A DNA stretch of 64,000 nt from an uncultured Alphaproteobacteria bacterium (lineage in GTDB: Bacteria > Pseudomonadota > Alphaproteobacteria > RF32 > CAG-239): positions 5,961 to 69,960 of the forward strand of contig CALXVY010000005.1 of the NCBI GenBank assembly GCA_944392255.1. Reading direction: 5' to 3'. Positions 40,198 through 48,643 of the stretch are shown one piece after another. Each line of letters begins with the position of its first letter. Position 1 is the stretch's first letter. Both the position numbers and the translations under genes were made by a program. The notes under the pieces are model-generated. The model searched no databases. It was not told where the DNA came from and saw only the letters and a list, made by a program, of their open reading frames with translations.

Positions 40198-41166
40198 CTA
40201 TAAATTTTTATACATATTCCAAGTAGAAGAAATGATATTTTCCAAATCAGAATGTGTGGCTTTCCACCCCAAAATCTCCCAAGCTTTATCTGCTTTAGCA
40301 GTAAGTTCGGCAGGGTCACCGGCACGACGAGGTGCAAATTCATAAGGAATTTTTTTACCAATAATCTCTTGGGTTTTATTAACCATTTCCAATACGCTGC
40401 TTCCGATAGAAGTACCGAGATTCAAAATTTGGCTTTCTCCGCCTTTTTCCAAATATTCCAAAGCCAAAGCATGAGCAGAGCCTAAATCTGTAACATGAAT
40501 ATAATCACGAATACACGTTCCGTCGCGAGTAGGATAATCATTGCCAAAAATTTTTAACTTTTCTCTTTTGCCGATAGCGGCTTCCATAACAATAGGTAAA
40601 AGATTTTGAGGATTTTCTTCCAATCCTTTAATGTCACCGTTTTCATCATATCCAACAGCATTGAAATAGCGTAAAGAAACAAATTTTATACCCTTGAGCT
40701 GGTCATACCACTTTAAAAAACGCTCAGTTTCGAGTTTAGTAAAGCCATAGAAACTCATTGGATTTTCTGGGTGCGTTTCATCAAGAGGCAAATATTGCGG
40801 CATGCCGTAAACAGCAGCAGAAGAAGAAAAAATAGCTTTGTTAACGCCGGCTTCCACCATGGCATTGAGAACATTAATCACTCCGTTAATATTATTCAAA
40901 GCATATTTCATCGGATTTTCCATAGATTCTCCAACGGCTTTTTTTCCGGCAAGAAGAACAATACCGTCAACTTTTTGTTTTAAGGCTGAAAGAATTTGCT
41001 CGTAGTTAAGAATATCTCCTTCAATAAAATTTGCTTGAGGAAAAAGATTGAGCTTTGTTCCTGTGGAAAGATTATCAAATACCGTCACTTGCATATTGCG
41101 GTTAAGTAAAGCTTTGACGACATGAGAACCGATATAACCGGCACCGCCAATAACTAAAATGTGCAT
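40198..41166 (-). CDS. galE: UDP-glucose 4-epimerase
   Basis: VIGGAGYIGSH Rossmann motif and YGFTK (YxxxK). Length 322 aa, with an SDR-extended pattern. Confidence 0.82.
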   Translation of the reverse strand: MHILVIGGAGYIGSHVVKALLNRNMQVTVFDNLSTGTKLNLFPQANFIEGDILNYEQILSALKQKVDGIVLLAGKKAVGESMENPMKYALNNINGVINVLNAMVEAGVNKAIFSSSAAVYGMPQYLPLDETHPENPMSFYGFTKLETERFLKWYDQLKGIKFVSLRYFNAVGYDENGDIKGLEENPQNLLPIVMEAAIGKREKLKIFGNDYPTRDGTCIRDYIHVTDLGSAHALALEYLEKGGESQILNLGTSIGSSVLEMVNKTQEIIGKKIPYEFAPRRAGDPAELTAKADKAWEILGWKATHSDLENIISSTWNMYKNL

Positions 41167-41244
41167 TTTTTTCTCCTTATACTATATCAGATAACGGCAG
41201 AATATAAACAACTTAAGGTCTTGTAAAAGAAAATTTTTCATTTA

Positions 41245-41273
41245 TTGACAATAGAAAAATAAAATGCTAAAAG
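41245..41273 (+). promoter_or_regulatory. Putative sigma70-type promoter
   Basis: TTGACA (41245-41250), N17, TAAAAG (41268-41273). It lies about 37 nt upstream of the Hsp70-like ATG. Confidence 0.4.
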
Positions 41274-41309
41274 CGTCGCGCAACAATAAAAAGAGAAGGA
41301 ATTTTATTC

Positions 41310-42569
41310 ATGACGCAAGAATTTTTTTGCGGCATAGACTTTGGTACGTCCAATTCGTCTATAGCCGTAACATCACCTACGCTCAAACCTCAAATGGTTA
41401 CAGTTGAAGCTGAGCATACAACCATTCCATCAGCCATTTTTTATGAAGCCAATAGTCCATCTCCGGTATTTGGACGCAAGGCAATGCAAAAATATATAAA
41501 CGGAGAAGAAGGAAGACTTATGCGTTCCTTAAAAAGAGTTTTGGGAACGGATTTAATGCAAAATGGCACGATTTTGAATGGAAAATCAGTAAAATTTGAG
41601 AATATTTTAGCCCAATATATAAAATATATGAAAGAAAAAGCAGAGACCAGCATCAATAAAACAATTAAAAAGGTTGTTATGGGAAGACCGGTTCATTTTA
41701 GAGATAATGATAGAAAAGGAGATAAGGAAGCAGAAAAGCAATTAAGAGAAATTGCTCAAATATCAGGTTTTGATGAAATATATTTTCAATACGAGCCAAT
41801 TGCCGCAGCATATGCTCATGAAGAAAAAATAACCGGAGAAAAGTTAGCCTGTGTTATTGATATAGGCGGAGGAACATCAGATTTTAGTATCATTCGTTTA
41901 GGCGAAAAATTAAAATATAAGCAAAATCGTCAAGATGATATTTTAGCAGATTCGGGTATCAGAATAGGCGGAAACGATTTTGATAAAGACTTATCAATAA
42001 GCTCTTTCATGCCTGAATTAGGTTTTAGAACGACCTATGGTAAAAAGAATTTATATGTACCAAGCTCTCAATATTTTGATATGTCGGAATGGAGCAAAAT
42101 AAACGGAGCATATAACTATCAAAATAAAAAAATTATCAAAGAAGTTCTAAATGAGGCACATCAACCGGAAAAATATGTAAGATTGCAAGAGTTATATGAG
42201 CAAGAGGCCGGACATAGATTGCTTATGTTGGTTGAAGAAGCTAAAATAAAACTATCACAATCGTCCCAAATTAATACGACTCTGGAATTTTTAAGCGGAA
42301 AACCTAAAATAAAGACCAGTGAAAATTTGTTTAGTCAGGCTATAAAACCAGATTTATCCCAAATCAAAAAAGCTATGTCTGAATGTTTACAGCAAGCTCA
42401 AATAAAATCCGAAAAAATAGAAATCATCATTTTAACCGGAGGTTCAACCGAAATTCCATTTGTAAAAAATGAATTATGCCAAATGTTTCCCCAAGCACAA
42501 ATTTCGGCAGAAAATAAGCTCATATCAGTAGGTCTTGGCTTAGCATTTGATGCTTATCATTATTTTTGA
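41310..42569 (+). CDS. Hsp70-family ATPase lacking a canonical substrate-binding domain (YegD-like)
   Basis: Motifs GIDFGTSNSSIAV, DIGGGTSDFS and ILTGGSTEIPFV. Only 419 aa. Confidence 0.75.
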   Translation: MTQEFFCGIDFGTSNSSIAVTSPTLKPQMVTVEAEHTTIPSAIFYEANSPSPVFGRKAMQKYINGEEGRLMRSLKRVLGTDLMQNGTILNGKSVKFENILAQYIKYMKEKAETSINKTIKKVVMGRPVHFRDNDRKGDKEAEKQLREIAQISGFDEIYFQYEPIAAAYAHEEKITGEKLACVIDIGGGTSDFSIIRLGEKLKYKQNRQDDILADSGIRIGGNDFDKDLSISSFMPELGFRTTYGKKNLYVPSSQYFDMSEWSKINGAYNYQNKKIIKEVLNEAHQPEKYVRLQELYEQEAGHRLLMLVEEAKIKLSQSSQINTTLEFLSGKPKIKTSENLFSQAIKPDLSQIKKAMSECLQQAQIKSEKIEIIILTGGSTEIPFVKNELCQMFPQAQISAENKLISVGLGLAFDAYHYF

Positions 42570-42679
42570 AAAAAATTTTTTAGGAGAGGGGTGTTTTTTT
42601 CATTTTAATGAATATATAGACACTGTTTATAAAAAAAGATATAAGATTTTATGCAACTAAAATTAGAATAAAATATGTA

Positions 42680-42707
42680 TTGACAAGCTAGTATAAGTTG
42701 ATAGAAT
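42680..42707 (+). promoter_or_regulatory. Putative sigma70-type promoter of the OMP gene
   Basis: TTGACA (42680-42685), N16, TAGAAT (42702-42707). CAGGAG RBS at 42737-42742. Confidence 0.45.
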
Positions 42708-42748
42708 TTAATCGTCTCAATTAGAGATAAATATACAGGAGTTTAAAA

Positions 42749-43306
42749 ATGAAAAAATATTTATTATTAGCCGGTGTGGCTTCTATTATGAGTTTTAATG
42801 CCAACGCAATGGATATGGAAATGAAACCTTATGTTGGTTTGGATTATGTTCGTTCAATGGTAGATATTAACGAAGATTATGCAGAAGACGACTTTAACGC
42901 ACTTGCTGTTACAGCCGGTGTAAAAATGCATAAAAACTTTGGTGTTGAAGCTTTCTTTGAGCAAACAGATGAAGGTAAAAAACATCATGATGGTGTAGAA
43001 ATCAAAGATAAATATCATGCATATGGTGTAGATTTGATTGGTTATATGCCTTTGGGTTGCGAAGAGAAAGTTGAATTGCTCGGCTCTTTGGGTTTAGGTT
43101 ATTATGATGCTGAAGCAAAAGTAGAATCAGCTCTTGGAAGAGAAAAATTAACCGATGATGGTTGGGGCTGGAGATTGGGTGCCGGTGCTCAATATAACTT
43201 TACCGAAAATATGGCAGCACGCATGATGGTTCGTTATGCTGATGTTGATATTGAAGGTGTTGACAATATTGTTGATGTAACAGCCGGTGTTAGATACAGC
43301 TTCTAA
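42749..43306 (+). CDS. Small outer-membrane beta-barrel protein (OMP_b-brl/porin family)
   Basis: Signal peptide (LLLAGVASIMSFNANA), alternating amphipathic strands and a C-terminal ...AGVRYSF. Confidence 0.75.
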   Translation: MKKYLLLAGVASIMSFNANAMDMEMKPYVGLDYVRSMVDINEDYAEDDFNALAVTAGVKMHKNFGVEAFFEQTDEGKKHHDGVEIKDKYHAYGVDLIGYMPLGCEEKVELLGSLGLGYYDAEAKVESALGREKLTDDGWGWRLGAGAQYNFTENMAARMMVRYADVDIEGVDNIVDVTAGVRYSF

Positions 43307-43332
43307 GATAATATAAAGTTAAAGCCTTTGTG

Positions 43333-43366
43333 AAAAAGAGAGAATGAGAAAAGTTCTCTCTTTTTT
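43333..43366. terminator. Bidirectional terminator between convergent genes
   Basis: A-run, stem GAGAGAA / TTCTCTC, then T-run. Confidence 0.7.
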
Positions 43367-43371
43367 ATAAA

Positions 43372-45750
43372 CTATTCTCTGACATTTCCTGAAAATTCTT
43401 GAATTAAATTAATAGAATTTTGCTGGTTGTTTGTTTTGGACACCGGACGACTGCTCGGAGTAGCTATAATGCCTTGTTTTTGTAAAATTAATTTTCCAAT
43501 GGGAATAATGTCATTATCACTTTGTTGGTGAGAAATGTTTTCTTCATTTTTTTGAGATTGATTATTGGTATTCAACATAGCATTTTGTAATGTTTCTTGC
43601 CTTTGTTGAACAAAATCATTTGCGCGCATTTGATGTTGAACACCCTGATTAAATTCATATTTCTGTTGTTCCATTCTTGCCAAAACATCTTGACGACAAT
43701 TGTGTTTAAAAGTATCTCTCATATCTGCTTGTCGATTATTAAGAATATACTGTATAAATTCATCAGTTTTTTCAGGAACAGGTATATAATAATCACGAAC
43801 AATATTCATATTGTCTTTGCATGAGAGGTGCATAATTTTGGCTTTTATAGGGTTTTTATCTGAAGTAACAAAAGTTTCAGAATCATAAGAAAGAGGAAGA
43901 TAAGTTTGATTATTAAAAGAAAACTCTGCTGATTTTCCAATATACCCATTAACGGCTTGATCTTTGGTTAAAGTTCTATTCACTGCAGTTTGAGCTGTTT
44001 TGGAGGTTGGTTGCATAACCCCATTTTGAAATTCGCAAACATTATAAGTTCTTGGAGTATCAACATTTCTTCTGCATTTCATATAATCTTCCATGCCAAA
44101 ATATCCAAAAAATTTATCATTTGGACTTTGTTCATAAACATTGATAAAACCAACTTTAACGTCTCTTCCCAATGCTTGTCCCATAATAGCAGAAACATAT
44201 TTATCTCCGGTGGCAGTACCTCCAGTAACGGATCCAACATCAGTTACGCCATCATATTTGGCGGCATAATCAAGATGAGGTGTTGCATAGACTATTCCGT
44301 TTCTTCCGACACGAGCACTTAACAATGTATAATCATCAGAAGCAGTGGCTCCGGAAAAGAGATATTGATCTTTGGGAAATTTTTCTTTCAATTCATCCAT
44401 TGAATAAGCTTGAGGTAGTTCATCAAAAGAATTTGCGCCCAACTTTTGTAAAATTTGTTCATAAGGTTTGATGACGCCATTTTTTTTGTCCTCTTGAATT
44501 TTTGCCGAAATAATTAATTTTTCCAATCCTTGATTAATTTGTTCTTGGGTTAAACTATCTTTATTATATTCAGGATCATGAAACCAGTCTTTAGCTTTAA
44601 TAGGGATAATTAAACTACTCATAAATTCAGCATCTTCAAAATCATTAACCAGTTTGGGCATAATTTCTTTGGCTTCTTTAGCCGACATTATAGGAGTAAA
44701 AATTTCAAATTTTCCGTTATCACTAGTATCAAGATTTTCTTGTCGAATATACCATTGATGGGCTTCACTTCCGCTTTCTAATCCGTTATGTTTTAAAATA
44801 TTCTCAATAGCTTGCTCATTGGCAGATCCCGACAAACCAATATTAAACAAAACTTGTTCATCATCATTCATATTTTCCAAACATTCAACATAGTTTTCAA
44901 CACTAAATTGTTTAGGATTTAATATTTCATTTTGTTGTTTTTTTGCAAAATCTTGAACAAAAGTAGCTTGCTTTTGTATTAAATTACTTTCTAAAAAGTG
45001 GTTTTCATATTCATCAAGTCGAGCAGATGTATCTTGAAGATTTTCCTGCAGCGAAGTTTGTTCATTTTTTAATTTTGCATCATTACTTTGAGCCTCTTCT
45101 CGGGTAATATCAGATCTTTCATGGTCTAAATCACAAATAGCTTCAAATCTTGACTTTAGATTAGTGGTTAAAGGAGAATCCTTTTCTTCAGCTGAAAATG
45201 CATTTAAGGCTGATTTTAAATCTTTATCTTCATATTTTTTTATGAAATTGTTCAACATTTCATTATTTTTTTCAATTTTTTTCTTATTTAACAGCTTATC
45301 AAAAAAATTTTTAGGTTTTTGCTCTATGCGCTTTGTAGAAAATTCTTGGTTAAATTTTCCATAAGAAAAATAATCAGAGAGCATAAATTTGATATTTTTT
45401 TGTTCATTTGGAAATGTTGCTAAAAGCTTTTGAATATCACTTTCAAATTCGGACAAATTATTTTGAATGCTTTGGGATTGAGTTAAGCTATTTTTTATTT
45501 GAGAAAGTTTTGCTTCAAACTCAGCTTTTTTTGTTTTGAGGGGAGCTTGTCTTTCTTCAAGATATTCATCATGAAGTTTTTTATTTTGTTGAGATATAAA
45601 ATCTTCCACATTACCATTGTGTTTAATAATGTCTAATAGATCATTAATCCAAGGCATTTTCCATATATTATTTTGCTCATAGGCAACTTTAGGCACATTT
45701 AAATAATGTCCTAAATTATTTGTCGTAGCCCAATAATCAAAATCATTCAT
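43372..45750 (-). CDS. Orphan 792-aa protein with a coiled-coil/low-complexity N-half and a globular C-half (candidate secreted effector)
   Basis: Long uninterrupted ORF with AAGGA 12 nt upstream of the ATG. It has its own promoter and terminator, no signal peptide and N/Q/K/E-rich composition. No family recognised with confidence. Confidence 0.7.
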   Translation of the reverse strand: MNDFDYWATTNNLGHYLNVPKVAYEQNNIWKMPWINDLLDIIKHNGNVEDFISQQNKKLHDEYLEERQAPLKTKKAEFEAKLSQIKNSLTQSQSIQNNLSEFESDIQKLLATFPNEQKNIKFMLSDYFSYGKFNQEFSTKRIEQKPKNFFDKLLNKKKIEKNNEMLNNFIKKYEDKDLKSALNAFSAEEKDSPLTTNLKSRFEAICDLDHERSDITREEAQSNDAKLKNEQTSLQENLQDTSARLDEYENHFLESNLIQKQATFVQDFAKKQQNEILNPKQFSVENYVECLENMNDDEQVLFNIGLSGSANEQAIENILKHNGLESGSEAHQWYIRQENLDTSDNGKFEIFTPIMSAKEAKEIMPKLVNDFEDAEFMSSLIIPIKAKDWFHDPEYNKDSLTQEQINQGLEKLIISAKIQEDKKNGVIKPYEQILQKLGANSFDELPQAYSMDELKEKFPKDQYLFSGATASDDYTLLSARVGRNGIVYATPHLDYAAKYDGVTDVGSVTGGTATGDKYVSAIMGQALGRDVKVGFINVYEQSPNDKFFGYFGMEDYMKCRRNVDTPRTYNVCEFQNGVMQPTSKTAQTAVNRTLTKDQAVNGYIGKSAEFSFNNQTYLPLSYDSETFVTSDKNPIKAKIMHLSCKDNMNIVRDYYIPVPEKTDEFIQYILNNRQADMRDTFKHNCRQDVLARMEQQKYEFNQGVQHQMRANDFVQQRQETLQNAMLNTNNQSQKNEENISHQQSDNDIIPIGKLILQKQGIIATPSSRPVSKTNNQQNSINLIQEFSGNVRE

Positions 45751-45783
45751 CTTAATATCATCCTTTACTTAAGCTTTACTTGT

Positions 45784-45812
45784 AATATATCAAAATTATC
45801 ACTTGTGTGCAA
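45784..45812 (-). promoter_or_regulatory. Putative sigma70-type promoter of the 792-aa gene
   Basis: On the minus strand: TTGCAC, N17, TATATT (plus-strand GTGCAA at 45807-45812 and AATATA at 45784-45789). Confidence 0.35.
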
Positions 45813-45884
45813 TATTTAATTAAAAAAATAGGATAAATCATTTGGTACATAAAATATTGTTTTGGATAAAAATTTTAGTTTAAA

Positions 45885-45933
45885 CAAAAAAAGCACCTCA
45901 ATATGAGATGCTTCACTATAAAATGGCGGAGAG
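45885..45933. repeat. Direct repeat, left copy: duplicate of the tRNA-Ser 3' end (10 nt) plus its terminator
   Basis: CAAAAAAAGCACCTCAATATGAGATGCTTCACTATAAAATGGCGGAGAG. It differs from 46102-46149 by one A, one A/G substitution and a 2-nt TA indel. Confidence 0.85.
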
Positions 45934-45992
45934 AATTGCTAAGCAAAAATGACCTTAAATGTCATTTTTGTCTGTAAAATCAATGATGTCTT

Positions 45993-46092
45993 AGCGGAGA
46001 GGAGCGCGACAGCCGACGAGCAAGCGCTAGACGAATTGCAAGCTCTGCCCGCAGAAAACAAGCCAAAGCGCCGTTTGATGCGTATCTCCGCC
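45993..46092. other. 100-nt GC-rich (~60%) block with pairing ends; unidentified structured element or foreign DNA remnant
   Basis: I count 60 G+C in 100 nt within an AT-rich intergenic region. The ends GCGGAGA (45994-46000) and TCTCCGC (46085-46091) are complementary. GCGGAGAGG repeats the tRNA-Ser 3'-end sequence. Confidence 0.4.
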
Positions 46093-46101
46093 ATAAAGAC
46101 A

Positions 46102-46149
46102 CAAAAAAAAGCACCTCAATATGGGATGCTTCACTAAAATGGCGGAGAG
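46102..46149. repeat. Direct repeat, right copy (native tRNA-Ser 3' end plus terminator)
   Basis: CAAAAAAAAGCACCTCAATATGGGATGCTTCACTAAAATGGCGGAGAG. On the minus strand this is the tRNA 3' end, then a hairpin, then a T-run. Confidence 0.85.
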
Positions 46150-46229
46150 GCAGAGATTCGAACTCTGGGTGGGGTCGCCCCCACGACGGTTTTCAAGACC
46201 GTTGCATTAAACCACTCTGCCACCTCTCC
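46140..46229 (-). tRNA. tRNA-Ser (anticodon UGA), class II, CCA encoded
   Basis: Minus-strand GGAGAGG...CCTCTCCGCCA. Anticodon stem ACGGT/ACCGT with loop CTTGAAA, a long variable arm, and T-arm CAGAG-TTCGAAT-CTCTG. Confidence 0.9.
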
Positions 46230-46253
46230 AATGACTTGCGGTTTCTGAAAGAC

Positions 46254-46282
46254 TTTTTACTCAAAAGAATAAAAAAGGTCAA
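46254..46282 (-). promoter_or_regulatory. Putative sigma70-type promoter of tRNA-Ser
   Basis: Minus strand TTGACC, N17, TAAAAA. It ends 24 nt upstream of the mature 5' end. Confidence 0.4.
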
Positions 46283-46420
46283 GAGTTTTTTTTATATTTT
46301 TCAAAAAAATATTTACATACCAAAATTAGTGAAAAAAACAGAATTTAATATTTTAAATTAATGTTTTCTAAAACAATCTTATTTAATATTTGAAAAACAA
46401 AAATTTATTTGGAGTGAAAT

Positions 46421-47695
46421 ATGCGTTTGTCAGGACATATTTTGGGTTTATCTGCTTTCTTGTTATTCAGTACGGCAGCTTGTGCTTTGCCATCACAAGC
46501 ACCGCAAGAATATTTGCAATGGCTGGATAATCTAAAAGAAGAAATGGTAGACAGAGGCATTTCCCAAAAGACAATAGATAAAGTTTATGAAAATGATTAT
46601 TATAAACCCAATTCAGAAGTCGTAAAAATTGACAGAAAACAAGCAGAATTTGCTCTAACTTCAACAGATTATCTAAATCGTGTCGTTAATAAAAAGAGAG
46701 TTGAAACAGCACAAAAAAAATACAAAGAACTTTATCCGGTACTAAAACCTATTTCCGATAAATATGGAGTTCAGCCTCATTATATAATTGCTTTTTGGGG
46801 CGTGGAAACCAATTTTGGTCAGAATTTTGGTGGTTACGATGTTATAGAAGTGTTGACAACCCTTAGCTATGACCAAAGAAGACCCAAGTTTTTTAAAGAA
46901 GAACTGTATCAAGCCTTAAAGATTATAGATACATGGGAAATTGATCATACAAAAATGCAAGGTTCATGGGCCGGTGCCATGGGAAATTTTCAATTTATGC
47001 CGTCAACATTCAATGCTTATGCCGTAGATTATAATAATGATAACACAATTGATATATGGTATTCTTTTGAAGATGCCGCCGCATCGGCTGCCAACTATCT
47101 TTCTGAAATTGGCTGGAAAAATAATCAAGAATGGGGACAACAAATAACATTACCATGGAATTTTGATTTTAATAACAGTGGAAGAAAAAATATCAAGACC
47201 ATAAAAGAGTGGAAAAAAATGGGCGTAAAGCCGCTAAAAGGTGAAAAGCTTCCTTCAGATGATATTAAAGCCGCTGTAATTCTTCCTGAGGGAAGAAAAG
47301 GAAATGCCTATTTGGTATTGAATAATTTTAATAAGATAATGATTTGGAATCGCTCAGAAAATTATGCTTTGGCAATAGGCCTGTTGGCAGATTACATTCG
47401 TACCGGAAAGACATGGAAACCAACAAAAGAAAATCCGGCAGTTCGTTTGCGTACAGATGATATTTTGCAAATTCAAAGTTTTATAAACAGTCTTGGTTGG
47501 TTTGATAAAAAACTCGATGAAGACGGAATGCTCGGTTCACAAACCAGAGAGGCTATAAAACAAGTGCAAAAACAAGCCAAAATGCCACAAGATGGTTATC
47601 CAGATTCCGTATTAATAGAAAGAATTAAGCAATATAATCCTGAGGTTGGGTTTGCAATTCCGGTTCCACCAAAAAAATTACACAAGCAAGAGTAA
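46421..47695 (+). CDS. Lytic murein transglycosylase (MltB family) with C-terminal peptidoglycan-binding domain
   Basis: Signal peptide, then FWGVETNFG and SWAGAMGNFQFMPSTF. The C-terminal segment DGMLGSQTREAIKQVQ is PG_binding_1-like. Confidence 0.8.
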   Translation: MRLSGHILGLSAFLLFSTAACALPSQAPQEYLQWLDNLKEEMVDRGISQKTIDKVYENDYYKPNSEVVKIDRKQAEFALTSTDYLNRVVNKKRVETAQKKYKELYPVLKPISDKYGVQPHYIIAFWGVETNFGQNFGGYDVIEVLTTLSYDQRRPKFFKEELYQALKIIDTWEIDHTKMQGSWAGAMGNFQFMPSTFNAYAVDYNNDNTIDIWYSFEDAAASAANYLSEIGWKNNQEWGQQITLPWNFDFNNSGRKNIKTIKEWKKMGVKPLKGEKLPSDDIKAAVILPEGRKGNAYLVLNNFNKIMIWNRSENYALAIGLLADYIRTGKTWKPTKENPAVRLRTDDILQIQSFINSLGWFDKKLDEDGMLGSQTREAIKQVQKQAKMPQDGYPDSVLIERIKQYNPEVGFAIPVPPKKLHKQE

Positions 47696-47767
47696 AGCTT
47701 CTTTACGAAAGCTAAAAATGAGTTTAGATTAAGTCCAAGATTTATTTCATAGATAGTAGGAAAGGTA

Positions 47768-48619
47768 ATGATTTTACGTAAGAGCAAAATATTTATAATT
47801 TTTTCAGGCGTTGCACTGTTTTTGTCGTCATGCGCCAGTAATAAGTTAGATTTATATTCTCAATCAGCGGCTATAAGCGGCAAAGGTGGTACCTATAAAG
47901 TTGGAAAACCGTATCAAATTGCCGGAAAGTGGTATTATCCTGAAGAAGATTATGATTATGTAGAAACAGGAACCGCATCATGGTATGGTAAAGATTTTCA
48001 TGCCAAATATACGGCAAATGGCGAAATCTATGATATGAATACTTTAACGGCAGCACACAGAACTTTGCCATTGCCATCAATAGTTCGCGTAACCAATCTT
48101 GAAAATGGACGTTCTCTTGTCTTAAGAGTAAATGACAGAGGCCCATTTGCCAAAAATCGCATTATTGATGTCTCTAAAAGAGCAGCTCAACTTTTAGGTT
48201 TTCAAACACAGGGAACAGCCAAAGTAAAAGTTGAGATTATGGCAGAAGAAAGTAAAAACTTAAAAGCGGCTTTGACCGGAAAATCTTCCGTTACATACGC
48301 TTCATCTGGCAATAAAAATAATACCGGAAAAATTATTACAATTCCTAAAAAGAAAGTAAATGCATATAACAATTATGCCGCCAATAGCAATGGTGGTTAT
48401 TATGTTCAAGCAGGTTCTTTTTCAAATATGAATATGGCAGAAAATTTAAAAAATCAGCTGCAAAGATATGGGCAAATAAAAATCATGCCGGCAGATGTAA
48501 ATGGTAGTACGTTTTATCGTGTTCGGGTTGGTCCGTTTTCTGAGCAGTCTGCCGCAGATATGGCTCTGTCCAGAATCCGTAATGCTGGTTTAGTTGATGC
48601 AAAATTAATAACTGAATAA
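47768..48619 (+). CDS. rlpA: Septal ring lytic transglycosylase RlpA (DPBB + SPOR)
   Basis: Lipobox LFLSSC. DPBB segment ASWYGKDFHAKYTANGEIYDMNTLTAAHRTLPLPSIVRVTNLENGRSLVLRVNDRGPF. SPOR segment YYVQAGSFSNMNMAENL...FYRVRVGPF. Confidence 0.85.
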   Translation: MILRKSKIFIIFSGVALFLSSCASNKLDLYSQSAAISGKGGTYKVGKPYQIAGKWYYPEEDYDYVETGTASWYGKDFHAKYTANGEIYDMNTLTAAHRTLPLPSIVRVTNLENGRSLVLRVNDRGPFAKNRIIDVSKRAAQLLGFQTQGTAKVKVEIMAEESKNLKAALTGKSSVTYASSGNKNNTGKIITIPKKKVNAYNNYAANSNGGYYVQAGSFSNMNMAENLKNQLQRYGQIKIMPADVNGSTFYRVRVGPFSEQSAADMALSRIRNAGLVDAKLITE

Positions 48620-48643
48620 CATATATAAATAAGGAATTTCAAA

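Noticed and set aside
45934-46101. Possibility that the GC-rich element is a (two-piece) tmRNA or a tRNA-Sec
   Set aside because: It has no T-loop (GGTTCGAnTCC), no ...CCACCA alanine-type acceptor end and no tag-like reading frame ending in ...AA-stop in any frame I translated. It has no UCA anticodon loop. The 8-bp closing stem alone is insufficient.
45949-46137. 62-aa plus-strand ORF spanning the GC-rich block next to tRNA-Ser
   Set aside because: It has no Shine-Dalgarno sequence. It begins inside an AT hairpin and runs through the duplicated terminator up to the tRNA flank. The open frame is more simply explained by the GC-rich composition of a non-coding element.
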